Source of the DNA: an uncultured Bacteroides sp.
Lineage (GTDB): Bacteria > Bacteroidota > Bacteroidia > Bacteroidales > Bacteroidaceae
DNA length: 64,000 nucleotides
Assembly: GCF_900544075.1 (NCBI RefSeq)
Contig: NZ_UQTJ01000001.1
Direction: 5' to 3' (one strand)
Both the position numbers and the translations under genes were made by a program. The notes below the pieces were generated by a model. The model had not been told where the DNA came from. It made no database searches and worked only from the letters and a program-made list of their open reading frames with translations. How positions within the stretch are numbered: the stretch's first letter is position 1; every line of letters begins with the position of its first letter. Positions 11,601-20,092 of this stretch are shown here, in pieces.

Positions 11601-11972
11601 TACTGCTTTTTTATTCAATACTACATGCTTACCTTCAATAACATATGCAATATCGCTTCCACTAAACAAATAATCAAGAGCTTCTGATATAGTTTTTCCT
11701 TTTATATCTACAGAAACATTTCTTTTAGCGTCAACTTGACTATTATAAACAAATATATAACCGCTTTCTCTTTCTATTTCATCTAAAACGGTACGCAATT
11801 GAACATTCTCTCCATAAACTGAGATTTTTGCCGCTTGAAAAGATACGCTAACAGCATTTAATGAATTTACCTGGAAAAAGAACAATAGTAGAAAGATAGC
11901 AATACTCCTATAAAAATATGCTAAGTACCCATAAATTTTTCTATTTCCTAATGACTTAAAATTAATTTCCAT
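8607..11972 (-). CDS. SusC/RagA TonB-dependent transporter with N-terminal signalling (STN) extension
   Basis: LDEVVVVGYGTQKK, VLKDAASSAIYGSRAANGVILVTTK, RYDGSSRF, terminal Phe; N-terminal extension; upstream FecR. Confidence 0.96.
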   Translation of the reverse strand: MEINFKSLGNRKIYGYLAYFYRSIAIFLLLFFFQVNSLNAVSVSFQAAKISVYGENVQLRTVLDEIERESGYIFVYNSQVDAKRNVSVDIKGKTISEALDYLFSGSDIAYVIEGKHVVLNKKAVDNSKSVNQKWKVYGTVEDNEGLPVIGANILIVGSTVGTVTDVNGRFEIDVNSGDVIRVSYLGYKNKEVKIGKQKEINIVLASDAELLDEVVVVGYGTQKKVNLTGAVSVVDSKSISNRPITNASHALQGVQGVYVNQGNGAQPGNDAATIRIRGMGSFSSAGNDPLILIDGIAGSLSDVNPQDIASISVLKDAASSAIYGSRAANGVILVTTKKAEAGKFSVQYNNSFGVQQITYLPDAVWDPILFMEGYNEAYMNEGNTEPFYSNALVEEYKAGMKVDPYTYPSTNWFDLLFRDGFMQEHNVRVTGGNDLMQMALSVGYLDQEGVMNYTDSKKLSVNFNGTLNYGKFKAGINMSGNYTNYNEPSCGISDYMQLAFRALPVMTAYNVDGSLGRSWLQTPGQNTFGNLLREQYNRNNYKRTRMVGSIFAEYIFPYDIKFNATLGARIDYLFRHLYQGERYSYNPKTFEPQTMVQHTVAQYASTYEIDPTVSYNLSWNRIFNEKHNVSALAGMNYEEFNDWSYSYRSQDGFFDDTLKEPGLGTEALNRSSSSSVVRLLSYFGRVNYSYADRYLFEVNFRYDGSSRFAKNNRWGFFPSFSAGWRIDQESFMEDARDWLSNLKLRASWGKLGNQSIGLYQYTPTLVSGVNYLFDNTLTQGYAVAQAVDSEISWEATTITNVALDFGFLNNSLSGSVEFFKKRTDGILRTVNQPSQVGNYTGAVRNVGVVDNTGMEASLSYRNSIGGFNYNVYGNMTYVKNEVVKLGGDEIISGRRITKEGYPIDSYYVYDCIGIFQTRNEVDNHAFQSAQTAPGDLKFRDVNGNGVIDEDDRIVTGSSVPDFTYSFGLNLNYKGFGLNVFFQGVHGITTYPMHNLVQPYCNGAGVTYDWLEKAWRPDNMDGGYPRLLRSQTGHDNYEKANTFWLRDASYLRLKNVQLSYDFPKKWLKPIRINALKVFVNAENLLTFSDFDIFDPERTLTGNYLWGTYPSVKSFTGGLNVTF

Positions 11973-11986
11973 TATTTTTGTAATTT

Positions 11987-12064
11987 ACAAATTAATACAA
12001 TAAAATTACACATTGTGTTAATCACCATAACCGGCAGTTTCCCACACTCTGCCGGTTGTTTTTT
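11987..12064 (+). ncRNA. Candidate cis-antisense sRNA in the anti-sigma/susC intergenic region (5' end estimated)
   Basis: + strand -7 box TATTTTTG at 11973-11980; hairpin AACCGGCAG(12029-37)/CTGCCGGTT(12049-57) followed by a T run. Confidence 0.5.
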
Positions 12065-12109
12065 AATATTAGACTTTTCCCATAGGCTATAAAAATTAAA
12101 GGTTAAACA

Positions 12110-13045
12110 TTACTTTATATAAATAACATCCATATTTTCATCATATGAATAGTCAAAACCAATATTCATTTTCATTACTCTTAAAGCATAATCTATACCA
12201 TCAGAATAACGAAACTTACCAGTATATTTAAGTTTCATTACATTTGAGTTCCTTACTTTTATATCAACCCCATATACTCTATTAAGTTTATCCATTATAT
12301 CATCAAACGGTTCATCATTGAAACAAATCAAACCATCTTTCCATCTATATTGATCATAGTCATCAATTTTTTTCTTCATAATTTTCTCATCAGTCAAAAC
12401 AACCTTTGTGCCAGGAAATAACATCAAAGAAGAATGTTCTTTTCCTGTTAGAGCAACTTCAACCTTCCCCTCCATAAGAGCGACTTCATCATATTTTTCA
12501 TCTGAATAGGAGCTTACATTGAACTTTGTCCCTAATACCTTAATACTACATCTTTCTGTATTAACAATAAAAGGATGTCTTTCATCACGTTTAACATCAA
12601 GGAAAGCCTCTCCTGATATACTTACAATTCTATTATCTCCCAAAAAACATGAAGGGTAATTTATTTCAGTATTAGAATTTAGCCATACATTCGTTCCATC
12701 AGGCAATGTCATATTAATTCTTTGCCCTTGCGGAACATAAAATGAAAGCATAGATACAGGCACTTCTTTATCATATACATATTTAACTGTCAAACTAATA
12801 CCCAACATAATTATTGCAGCGGCTGCTACCCTTATGCATATTTTACTAATTGATATAAGTCTTCCAGCTTTACAATGTTTTCCAGTACTGTTACCTGCCA
12901 ATAATATTATAGAGTCAAATATATGACGTTCTTTTATAGCCTTCATCTTATTTTCTTCTGACTCTTCAATCCAACTCTTAATTTTTACTTCCTCCTCATA
13001 AGAAGTTTCTCCACTAAAAAATTTAAACAAATCTTCCCTTTCCAT
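12110..13045 (-). CDS. FecR-family anti-sigma factor
   Basis: Single TM segment, then LPDGTNVWLNS, GEAFLDV, VLGTKFNV and WKDG FecR motifs. Confidence 0.93.
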   Translation of the reverse strand: MEREDLFKFFSGETSYEEEVKIKSWIEESEENKMKAIKERHIFDSIILLAGNSTGKHCKAGRLISISKICIRVAAAAIIMLGISLTVKYVYDKEVPVSMLSFYVPQGQRINMTLPDGTNVWLNSNTEINYPSCFLGDNRIVSISGEAFLDVKRDERHPFIVNTERCSIKVLGTKFNVSSYSDEKYDEVALMEGKVEVALTGKEHSSLMLFPGTKVVLTDEKIMKKKIDDYDQYRWKDGLICFNDEPFDDIMDKLNRVYGVDIKVRNSNVMKLKYTGKFRYSDGIDYALRVMKMNIGFDYSYDENMDVIYIK

Positions 13046-13066
13046 CTTTACCTAATTTTACCTTTT

Positions 13067-13100
13067 TATATGTAAAACAAATAAAGATGATATTACCCTA
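13067..13100 (-). promoter_or_regulatory. Putative ECF-sigma-dependent promoter upstream of the anti-sigma gene
   Basis: Minus strand TAGGGTAAT...TTGTTTTACATATA resembles the motif recalled upstream of Bacteroides PUL anti-sigma genes. Confidence 0.4.
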
Positions 13101-13242
13101 AACCAAAAGACGTTTTTTTATATTTTTTTGTTACCAAAAGTTTGTTCGTCATAGATATCAAAACAATTAAAAGGGAGCATCCAATCATCGATAATAAGAT
13201 AATATTTCATCAAGATGAAACCATATACCACAATATGAATGT

Positions 13243-14559
13243 TTATAAGCACTCTTTATCTTTAATACGCGAACCGTATAATGCATAATAAAACATGACA
13301 AGCTCACAAACCATAGGAATTATCCATGTAAATCTCCATGAACCTATAGCATCAGCAAGTACCCCCTGCACTACTGGGAAAATAGCACCTCCAAAGACAC
13401 CCATCATAAATACCCCTGATGCCTTTGATGTATATTTTTTCAATCCTTTTATAGCCAAAGTAAATATACATCCCCACATTACAGAATGACATAACCCTAC
13501 AGAAACAAGTATCCATAGATTATTCATGATTATTGATATAATCATAAGCAAAATAGCTATTACCGTTGTTACAATTAGTAATCTTTTGGGAGATATATTA
13601 TTAAAAAAACTAAAAATAAGTCTTCCAATCATTAATCCTCCCCAATATAAAGTTGCCAACAATGCTGGAATACCCAAATCAAGCCCCCATAACACAATAT
13701 GCTCTTTACCGAAAATATATAGAGGATATCCAGCCTCTATCAATTCTATTGCATGAAGATTAACATTTACACCTACCGAGACTTCTGCTCCGACATAAAA
13801 AAATATAGCTATTACGCCAAGTTTCAAATGACTAAATGCCCATACACTTTTCTCTAAGTTTTCACCTTCTTCTGTATGTGTATTACACAAATCAGGTAAA
13901 TTCAATCTAGAAGTCACCAAAGTTACTATTATTACACATAAGGCTATCAATAAAAATGGTAACATCAATTGTTCAGGCGATATATTATTCAATGCTACAC
14001 CAGAAAAGATAACCCCTGTAACAAAAAATGGAGCTATAGTGGTGCCAAATGAGTTAATAGCACACACAATATTCATCCTCTGCACCGGTTGAGTATTCGG
14101 TAATTCATATGCAGCTACATAAGGATTTATAACAACTTGCAAAAGTGCTGCAGAAGTCCCCATCAGATACGCTCCTAACAAAAATATAAAATACCCATAA
14201 GATACAGTATCTTCCATTATACAAAATGACAAGTATCCATAATTATAGACAAACCAGGATGATAAAGAATACATGCATAATCCTGCTATCATTATACATA
14301 AAGCACGTAACAATGTAGCTTTATACCCACAAGAATTTATCAATTTACCACCTAACCTTCCATTTAACAAATAACCCAAAAAGAAAAAGAAAGACACCAA
14401 GGTTGATAATGTATTTTTTAAATTATAAGCTTCTGAAAAGAACACATTCTCCAAAGGTCCCTGCAACTGACCATTGATAGTGGTAAGGAAGCCTACGATA
14501 AAATAAATAAAGGTAAGAATGGCAAAAGGACCTAAACTGTATTTCATTCTTTCTTCCAT
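13243..14559 (-). CDS. MFS sugar/polyol transporter (FucP/GluP-like)
   Basis: Multiple hydrophobic helices; LLQVVINPYV, FFYVGAEV and GVFGGAIFP motifs. Confidence 0.85.
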   Translation of the reverse strand: MEERMKYSLGPFAILTFIYFIVGFLTTINGQLQGPLENVFFSEAYNLKNTLSTLVSFFFFLGYLLNGRLGGKLINSCGYKATLLRALCIMIAGLCMYSLSSWFVYNYGYLSFCIMEDTVSYGYFIFLLGAYLMGTSAALLQVVINPYVAAYELPNTQPVQRMNIVCAINSFGTTIAPFFVTGVIFSGVALNNISPEQLMLPFLLIALCVIIVTLVTSRLNLPDLCNTHTEEGENLEKSVWAFSHLKLGVIAIFFYVGAEVSVGVNVNLHAIELIEAGYPLYIFGKEHIVLWGLDLGIPALLATLYWGGLMIGRLIFSFFNNISPKRLLIVTTVIAILLMIISIIMNNLWILVSVGLCHSVMWGCIFTLAIKGLKKYTSKASGVFMMGVFGGAIFPVVQGVLADAIGSWRFTWIIPMVCELVMFYYALYGSRIKDKECL

Positions 14560-14578
14560 ATATTCCCAAGATTTTATC

Positions 14579-16018
14579 CTATATTAAACTTTCAATAACA
14601 GACATTGCGCCTTCAGCTTTTATCCTCTCCACGAACCCGGAATATAATCCCGTAAATGCCGGAGCGTTTTTCAAATCAGTGCTCTTAAAAGCAGACAGAC
14701 CTAAAAAATCAATCGGACTGCCACTATTGATACAACAAACATCCTCGGAAGTCATCCATGGCTCAGAAACTTCAAAAGCATTACCTTTGTCATCCGTCTT
14801 GTATTTCAAATAGTGACGATATGCCGCAATGAGGAAAGCCACACGCCGTAAATCAGCATTATCATGAATCATTTTTATAAGATTGGGCATCACATAAACC
14901 GGGAACTTAGAGATACCATCAAAACACAGTCTGGAAATCTGGTCGCTAACCGAACGGTTGGCAAACCTTTCTATCAATGTTTGCTTATAAACTTCTAAGT
15001 CGGTATCTTGAGGGACTAACACATACGGAGTTATATCCATATCCATAAAACCGCGCACAAATCTGACAATCCTGTCATCCGCCATGGCATCATCTACCTT
15101 GCGATATCCGGACAAGAACGACGGATACGATAATAGCGTATGCGAAGCATTCAAGAGGCTTAGCTTCATATTCTCATATGGGCTTACATCATCCGTAAAC
15201 ACCACGCCAACTCTTTCCCAGGATGGTCTGCCGGCTATAAACTTGTCTTCAACCACCCACTGTATAAAATCCTCACAATAAACAGGAGCTTCATCATCCG
15301 TGCCATTTTCCCTGTTAAGACGCTCCACGTCGTCAGGACGCGTGACGGGAGTTATACGGTCAACCATACTGTTCGGGAAAGTGACATTCTCCTCCACCCA
15401 TGAAGCCAATTCTTTATCCTGTGCCTTTATAAAAGACAAGAATGATTTGCGCGCAGTATTACCGTTATGCTGAAGATTATCGCATGACAAGATTGTAATC
15501 GGACCATTTCCGCACGTTTTCCTTCTCCTCAGACCTTCTGCCACAAAACCGAATACGGTATTTGGATGCTCCGGGTTATCTAAGTCGTGTCTTATATTAA
15601 TGTCGTCAATCAGAAATTCACCAGTGGTTTTCTCCATATTATATCCGCCTTCGGTTATAGTCAAAGTTATAATACGTATGTCTTTATCGGATATCTTTGA
15701 TAAAATCTCCTCTCTCTCATTGATTCCCCAATATAGCTCGACCAACGAACCTATCTTATACACCATATTGTCACCGCGTCTTCCGCAAACTGTCAATGTG
15801 TATTCATTATCCTGCTTCTTCAGCACCCTATACAACCGTTCGTCGCCCTGTAACAACATGGCGCCACATATTCCCCACAAATGCTGATCCTCAAATTCAA
15901 GGATTTTGTTTGTGTAATACTCTTCGTGAGCACGATGGAAATTACCTACCCCGATATGAAGAATACCAGATCTTATCTGATTTCTATCATAACAATAAGA
16001 AATGACTGAGTTTTTCAT
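14579..16018 (-). CDS. Mannitol 2-dehydrogenase family protein
   Basis: ILHIGVGNFHRAH, TITEGGY, LSCDNL, FPNSMVDRITP and MKLSLLNASH motifs. Confidence 0.88.
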   Translation of the reverse strand: MKNSVISYCYDRNQIRSGILHIGVGNFHRAHEEYYTNKILEFEDQHLWGICGAMLLQGDERLYRVLKKQDNEYTLTVCGRRGDNMVYKIGSLVELYWGINEREEILSKISDKDIRIITLTITEGGYNMEKTTGEFLIDDINIRHDLDNPEHPNTVFGFVAEGLRRRKTCGNGPITILSCDNLQHNGNTARKSFLSFIKAQDKELASWVEENVTFPNSMVDRITPVTRPDDVERLNRENGTDDEAPVYCEDFIQWVVEDKFIAGRPSWERVGVVFTDDVSPYENMKLSLLNASHTLLSYPSFLSGYRKVDDAMADDRIVRFVRGFMDMDITPYVLVPQDTDLEVYKQTLIERFANRSVSDQISRLCFDGISKFPVYVMPNLIKMIHDNADLRRVAFLIAAYRHYLKYKTDDKGNAFEVSEPWMTSEDVCCINSGSPIDFLGLSAFKSTDLKNAPAFTGLYSGFVERIKAEGAMSVIESLI

Positions 16019-16099
16019 AATTCTATTACAATTTAAAATTTCTACTCACAAAATTAACATTGTACGGAAATCTCAATTTAAATTTGTAATAAAAATGAA

Positions 16100-16144
16100 T
16101 GCAAACGATTGCGGGAACGTTCTCAAAATCTGCAAACGTTCCCA
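16100..16144. promoter_or_regulatory. Three LacI-type palindromic operator candidates
   Basis: TGCAAACGATTGCG (16100-13), GGGAACGTTCTC (16113-24) and TGCAAACGTTCCCA (16131-44), each centred on CG. Confidence 0.5.
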
Positions 16145-16388
16145 TATAAGGACACGAAAACATACAATGCAAAGGCTGTGTGTCTTTATAAGAATAAGCC
16201 TTTTAAGATAGGTCCATAAATTATAATAGGATAATGCTCCGTTCCTGCCGCATAAAAAGAAGTCTCCTTCCTGCATATAAAGCCACAAACAACCTGTCAT
16301 TTTCTATTAATATAACTTTTTATATATTAAGTCATATTTAAAGATTATATCCGGACGTTCTGTATTTTCCACTGGTATGGAAAGAAGT

Positions 16389-16438
16389 TTCAAAATGTAT
16401 TTAAACGGTATTTAAAAGTCTTTTAAACACTGTTTAAA
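16389..16438. repeat. TTTAAA repeats with 11-bp period
   Basis: TTTAAA at 16400, 16411, 16422 and 16433; TTCAAA at 16389. Confidence 0.7.
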
Positions 16439-16525
16439 CCTCCATAAGAACTGTCCCTAGGATTCTATCGGGCATTATAAATCCTCACACAATGAAGAAA
16501 CTGCATTTTCAAAAAAACGTATAAA

Positions 16526-18886
16526 TCAATATTCAAACGTAATACCAATAGTAGGCAACAATGTTCCACTCTCCATCTTTATACTCTTCATCACATAATG
16601 TCCGGGACGATCAGGGTCAACCTCCCCTGTACTCATCAACGCATCTGCCTGACGGAGTTTACTGGCTGTAATATTCTGTATATCCAGATAGAATCCCAAC
16701 ATACATTTCTTAAGATAGAATGTCTTGTCAACCCTGACATCCAATTGTCCGAAAGCCGGAAGACGCTCCATATTATAACGGCTATAGTCATAGTAAGCGC
16801 GTCCCTGTACATTCCATGCCTCTATAAGTGACGATTTTTCTTCATCGTATGGAGTATATGGCGAACCACCTATGGCACATACACGCATACCGACACTCCA
16901 GTTCTTTGGCAAGTTATACGTTCCGCTCATATTGAATATGAATCTGTTGTCCCATGCAGAAGCCACATATTTATCATCCGCTCCGGATTTAAACTCACTC
17001 CTGAAGAAAGTAAGCGATGAAGAAAGATTCAGTTTCTTTGCCAGCAGCCATTTGAACATGATTTCCACACCATATGAACGGCCTTCCGCATCCGATACAA
17101 GCAATTCGTTACCTATAACGCCATAATCGTTGCCCTTGCATGAAAGCGGAATATTGTCTGCTACGGACAAAGGCATATTGTTGTACATCTTATAAAATCC
17201 TTCTGCCGAAACCTCCATTGTCTCAGTAGGATTCCATGTCAGGCCCACACTTTCTTGAGTGACAGACGTATAATCAAGTCCCTTATTTACATAGACACCG
17301 GAATTATCTTTATAACCTAAAGCGGTATACGCCGGAAGCTGATAGTAGAGCCCCATATGTCCGCTGAGATAAAGTCCGTCTATAAGCCTGTAGGAAACAG
17401 AAAGACGAGGCGACAGCTGCCTCCACAGTTCTTTCATCTTGTCACTGTAGTTATTTCCGTCGGTTCTTACACCGAGAGAAGCCGTAAACTTCTCATCGAA
17501 CGATTTGTAGTCGGCAGAAGCATATATTCCCCAGCGCAGCATATTGAGTGACGTATTGTAATTGAACTCATATAATTTATCGGAGAATATTTTCTGATAA
17601 GTATCGTTTGTGTAATGAGTGTAATTCAATTCAAAACCGGCATTAACCTTCCATGAAGCCCACTCGGATGTATTCTCTACACGTAGTTTGGTTTCCTGCT
17701 CCACGGAACCCAAATCAAGATTCAGATTGTCAGGGTTACTGTCATCATTGTTCTGATACTTGAAGTTCCTGTTATGCAGATAACTGTGGCTCAATGTAAC
17801 GGACTGTACATGATTGCCCGCATAATGACGGTACACACTACCCAAAGTAAATGTTTCCTGCTCTATCGTAGGCAGATAGCTAAGAAGATATTCGGCATAA
17901 TCGCCATCGATATCCATATTCAGTTTCATGCGGTCCAATCCCCCAAGACCAAGCACGGTGAGTTCATTCTTGTCATCAAATCTTGTCTTTATCTTGAAAG
18001 AAGCATCTGTATAAGCCGGCAGGAACGGCAATCCGAGCACCTTAAATAACATCTGCAGATATGACTGGCGTACAGATACCAGATAAGAAGTCTTGTCGCC
18101 CAAATGACCGTTTGAACTGAGGGATACTTCGGATGCACCGAGAGTAGCCTTAAGCGAATTACGCTCCATACTTCCGTCGCGAAGGCTGAAATCAAGCACA
18201 GAGCTCAAAGCATTTCCACGATGAGCCGGGAAAGCACCGCTATAGAACTTGACATTTCGTATCAGGTCGGCATCAATAAGCCCCACAGGACCGCCGGAAG
18301 CTCCCTGCGTACTGAAATGGTTAATGTTAGGTATCTCTACCCCATCCAGATAAAATCTGTTTTCAGACGGACCTCCACCACGGACTATCAGGTCGTTTCT
18401 ATATCCAACAGGCGAGAATGCCACACCCGGATAGTTCTGTACCACACGCGATATGTCACGGTTTGCCCCCGGAGCTTTCTCTATCTCCTGAAGTCCGATA
18501 ACCCTCAGGCTGACAGGACTCTCGGCTACTCTACGGAACGGTGAGGCCGTGACTGTAACCTCAGATATTGAAGTGCTCTCCTCCTCCATCTCAATATTGA
18601 TATGAGGAGTGATATGGTTTACTCTGTATTCTTCTGTAAAGACAGTCTTATAGCCTATAGTTGAGGCTCTCAACTGGTATATACCTGGAGGAACAGAATT
18701 GATTGTAAAATTTCCGTTTATATCAGTTGAAGCACCGATGTTAAGTCCTACAACCAATATATTGACAAACTCCAAAGGTTCACGCGTAGACTTGCTTACT
18801 ACCGTACCTTTAATCTGATAATTTTGGGCAAATACAGCTATAGAAACTATTGACAGGACAAGCTCACTTATAAATCTTCTGAACAT
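16526..18886 (-). CDS. TonB-dependent receptor (non-SusC, no SusD partner)
   Basis: N-terminal carboxypeptidase-regulatory-like domain, plug NDLIVRGGGPSEN, aromatic C-terminus. Confidence 0.88.
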   Translation of the reverse strand: MFRRFISELVLSIVSIAVFAQNYQIKGTVVSKSTREPLEFVNILVVGLNIGASTDINGNFTINSVPPGIYQLRASTIGYKTVFTEEYRVNHITPHINIEMEEESTSISEVTVTASPFRRVAESPVSLRVIGLQEIEKAPGANRDISRVVQNYPGVAFSPVGYRNDLIVRGGGPSENRFYLDGVEIPNINHFSTQGASGGPVGLIDADLIRNVKFYSGAFPAHRGNALSSVLDFSLRDGSMERNSLKATLGASEVSLSSNGHLGDKTSYLVSVRQSYLQMLFKVLGLPFLPAYTDASFKIKTRFDDKNELTVLGLGGLDRMKLNMDIDGDYAEYLLSYLPTIEQETFTLGSVYRHYAGNHVQSVTLSHSYLHNRNFKYQNNDDSNPDNLNLDLGSVEQETKLRVENTSEWASWKVNAGFELNYTHYTNDTYQKIFSDKLYEFNYNTSLNMLRWGIYASADYKSFDEKFTASLGVRTDGNNYSDKMKELWRQLSPRLSVSYRLIDGLYLSGHMGLYYQLPAYTALGYKDNSGVYVNKGLDYTSVTQESVGLTWNPTETMEVSAEGFYKMYNNMPLSVADNIPLSCKGNDYGVIGNELLVSDAEGRSYGVEIMFKWLLAKKLNLSSSLTFFRSEFKSGADDKYVASAWDNRFIFNMSGTYNLPKNWSVGMRVCAIGGSPYTPYDEEKSSLIEAWNVQGRAYYDYSRYNMERLPAFGQLDVRVDKTFYLKKCMLGFYLDIQNITASKLRQADALMSTGEVDPDRPGHYVMKSIKMESGTLLPTIGITFEY

Positions 18887-18980
18887 ATGAAAAGTTTTTC
18901 ACATTAACAGATGCAAATGTAGTGATTACAAATAAAAAAGCCATCATAATAGATGGCTTTATATAAAATGAATAGGAAAA

Positions 18981-19388
18981 TTATTTCTGACTTTCAGTCC
19001 AGGCATTATTTATAGCCTGAGCAATAGCGGCAAATTCATCTGAAGTCAATGAAAGTTTAGGATTCGAGAAGAGCATATCCGATTCTTTCTGGATTGGGAT
19101 AAGGTGAATATGTGCATGAGGAACTTCAAGACCGATAACAGCCTCACCTACCTTCTTGCATGGGAATGCTTTCTGAATAGCAAGTGCAACGCTCTTTGCA
19201 AAAACATGCATTTCAGCCAGTTCGTCATCTTCCAAATCAAAGATGTAATCCACTTCCCTCTTCGGAACTACCAATGTATGTCCTTTCACTAAAGGGTTTA
19301 TATCAAGAAACGCATAAAACTTATCATTCTCAGCCACTTTGTAGCTTGGAATTTCTCCTGCAATGATTTTACTGAATATAGTTGCCAT
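18981..19388 (-). CDS. HIT family nucleotide hydrolase
   Basis: MATIFSKIIAGEIP start; histidine triad VPHAHIHLIP. Confidence 0.92.
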   Translation of the reverse strand: MATIFSKIIAGEIPSYKVAENDKFYAFLDINPLVKGHTLVVPKREVDYIFDLEDDELAEMHVFAKSVALAIQKAFPCKKVGEAVIGLEVPHAHIHLIPIQKESDMLFSNPKLSLTSDEFAAIAQAINNAWTESQK

Positions 19389-19444
19389 ATCTTTATATAA
19401 TATTAAATAAGGCAAGTCCGCACGAAGCAGACCTGCCTTAACAA

Positions 19445-19909
19445 TTAAAATGATATACTTAAAATTTCAAGACTGATTTTACCCTGAGGTATTGTAATCT
19501 CAGCTACATCACCAACTTTCTTGCCAAGCAATCCCTGAGCAATAGGAGTTGTTACTGAAATCTTTCCTTCCTTAAGGTTGGCTTCACTTTCAGACACGAT
19601 AGTATAAGCCATTTTCATATTGTTTTTTACATTCTTCAATTCCACACGTGTAAGAATCTGTACTGTATCAGCCTTCATCTTTGATGTGTCAATGATTTTT
19701 GCATCACCGATAGTAGCCTTAAGCTGGTTGATTTTCATTTCCAACAAGCCCTGTGCTTCCTTGGCAGCATCATACTCTGCATTTTCCGACAAGTCACCCT
19801 TATCACGTGCCTCTGCAATAGCAGCTACGATTCTCGGACGTTCCACTGCCTCCAGATGCTTTAATTCGGCCAACAGTTTCTGATAGCCTTCTTCTGACAT
19901 ATAAGCCAT
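19445..19909 (-). CDS. greA: Transcription elongation factor GreA
   Basis: ARDKGDLSENAEYDAAKE; ISVTTPIAQGLLGK. Confidence 0.97.
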   Translation of the reverse strand: MAYMSEEGYQKLLAELKHLEAVERPRIVAAIAEARDKGDLSENAEYDAAKEAQGLLEMKINQLKATIGDAKIIDTSKMKADTVQILTRVELKNVKNNMKMAYTIVSESEANLKEGKISVTTPIAQGLLGKKVGDVAEITIPQGKISLEILSISF

Positions 19910-19962
19910 AATAATTTTCCTCCTAATTATTTTCGTTATTAATTAATTTCCTGATTTGATAT

Positions 19963-20033
19963 AAAACAAAAAAGAATTCCGACATGTTCAACTATGCCGG
20001 AACCCTTCATCTTATATTCTGTGTGCAAAGATA
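19963..20033 (-). promoter_or_regulatory. greA promoter and leader intrinsic terminator (attenuator)
   Basis: -7 box TATCTTTG at 20033-20026; then hairpin TTCCGGCAT/ATGTCGGAA plus T tract, ending about 55 nt before the ATG. Confidence 0.65.
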
Positions 20034-20092
20034 AGCTTTTTTCTTATAAGTCAATCACATAAGTGCTTTATTTTTACATGCTATTAAACATG

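Noticed and set aside
16002..16300. Small ORFs upstream of the mannitol dehydrogenase as a remnant regulator
   Set aside because: No HTH or LacI similarity visible; they overlap the promoter/operator region
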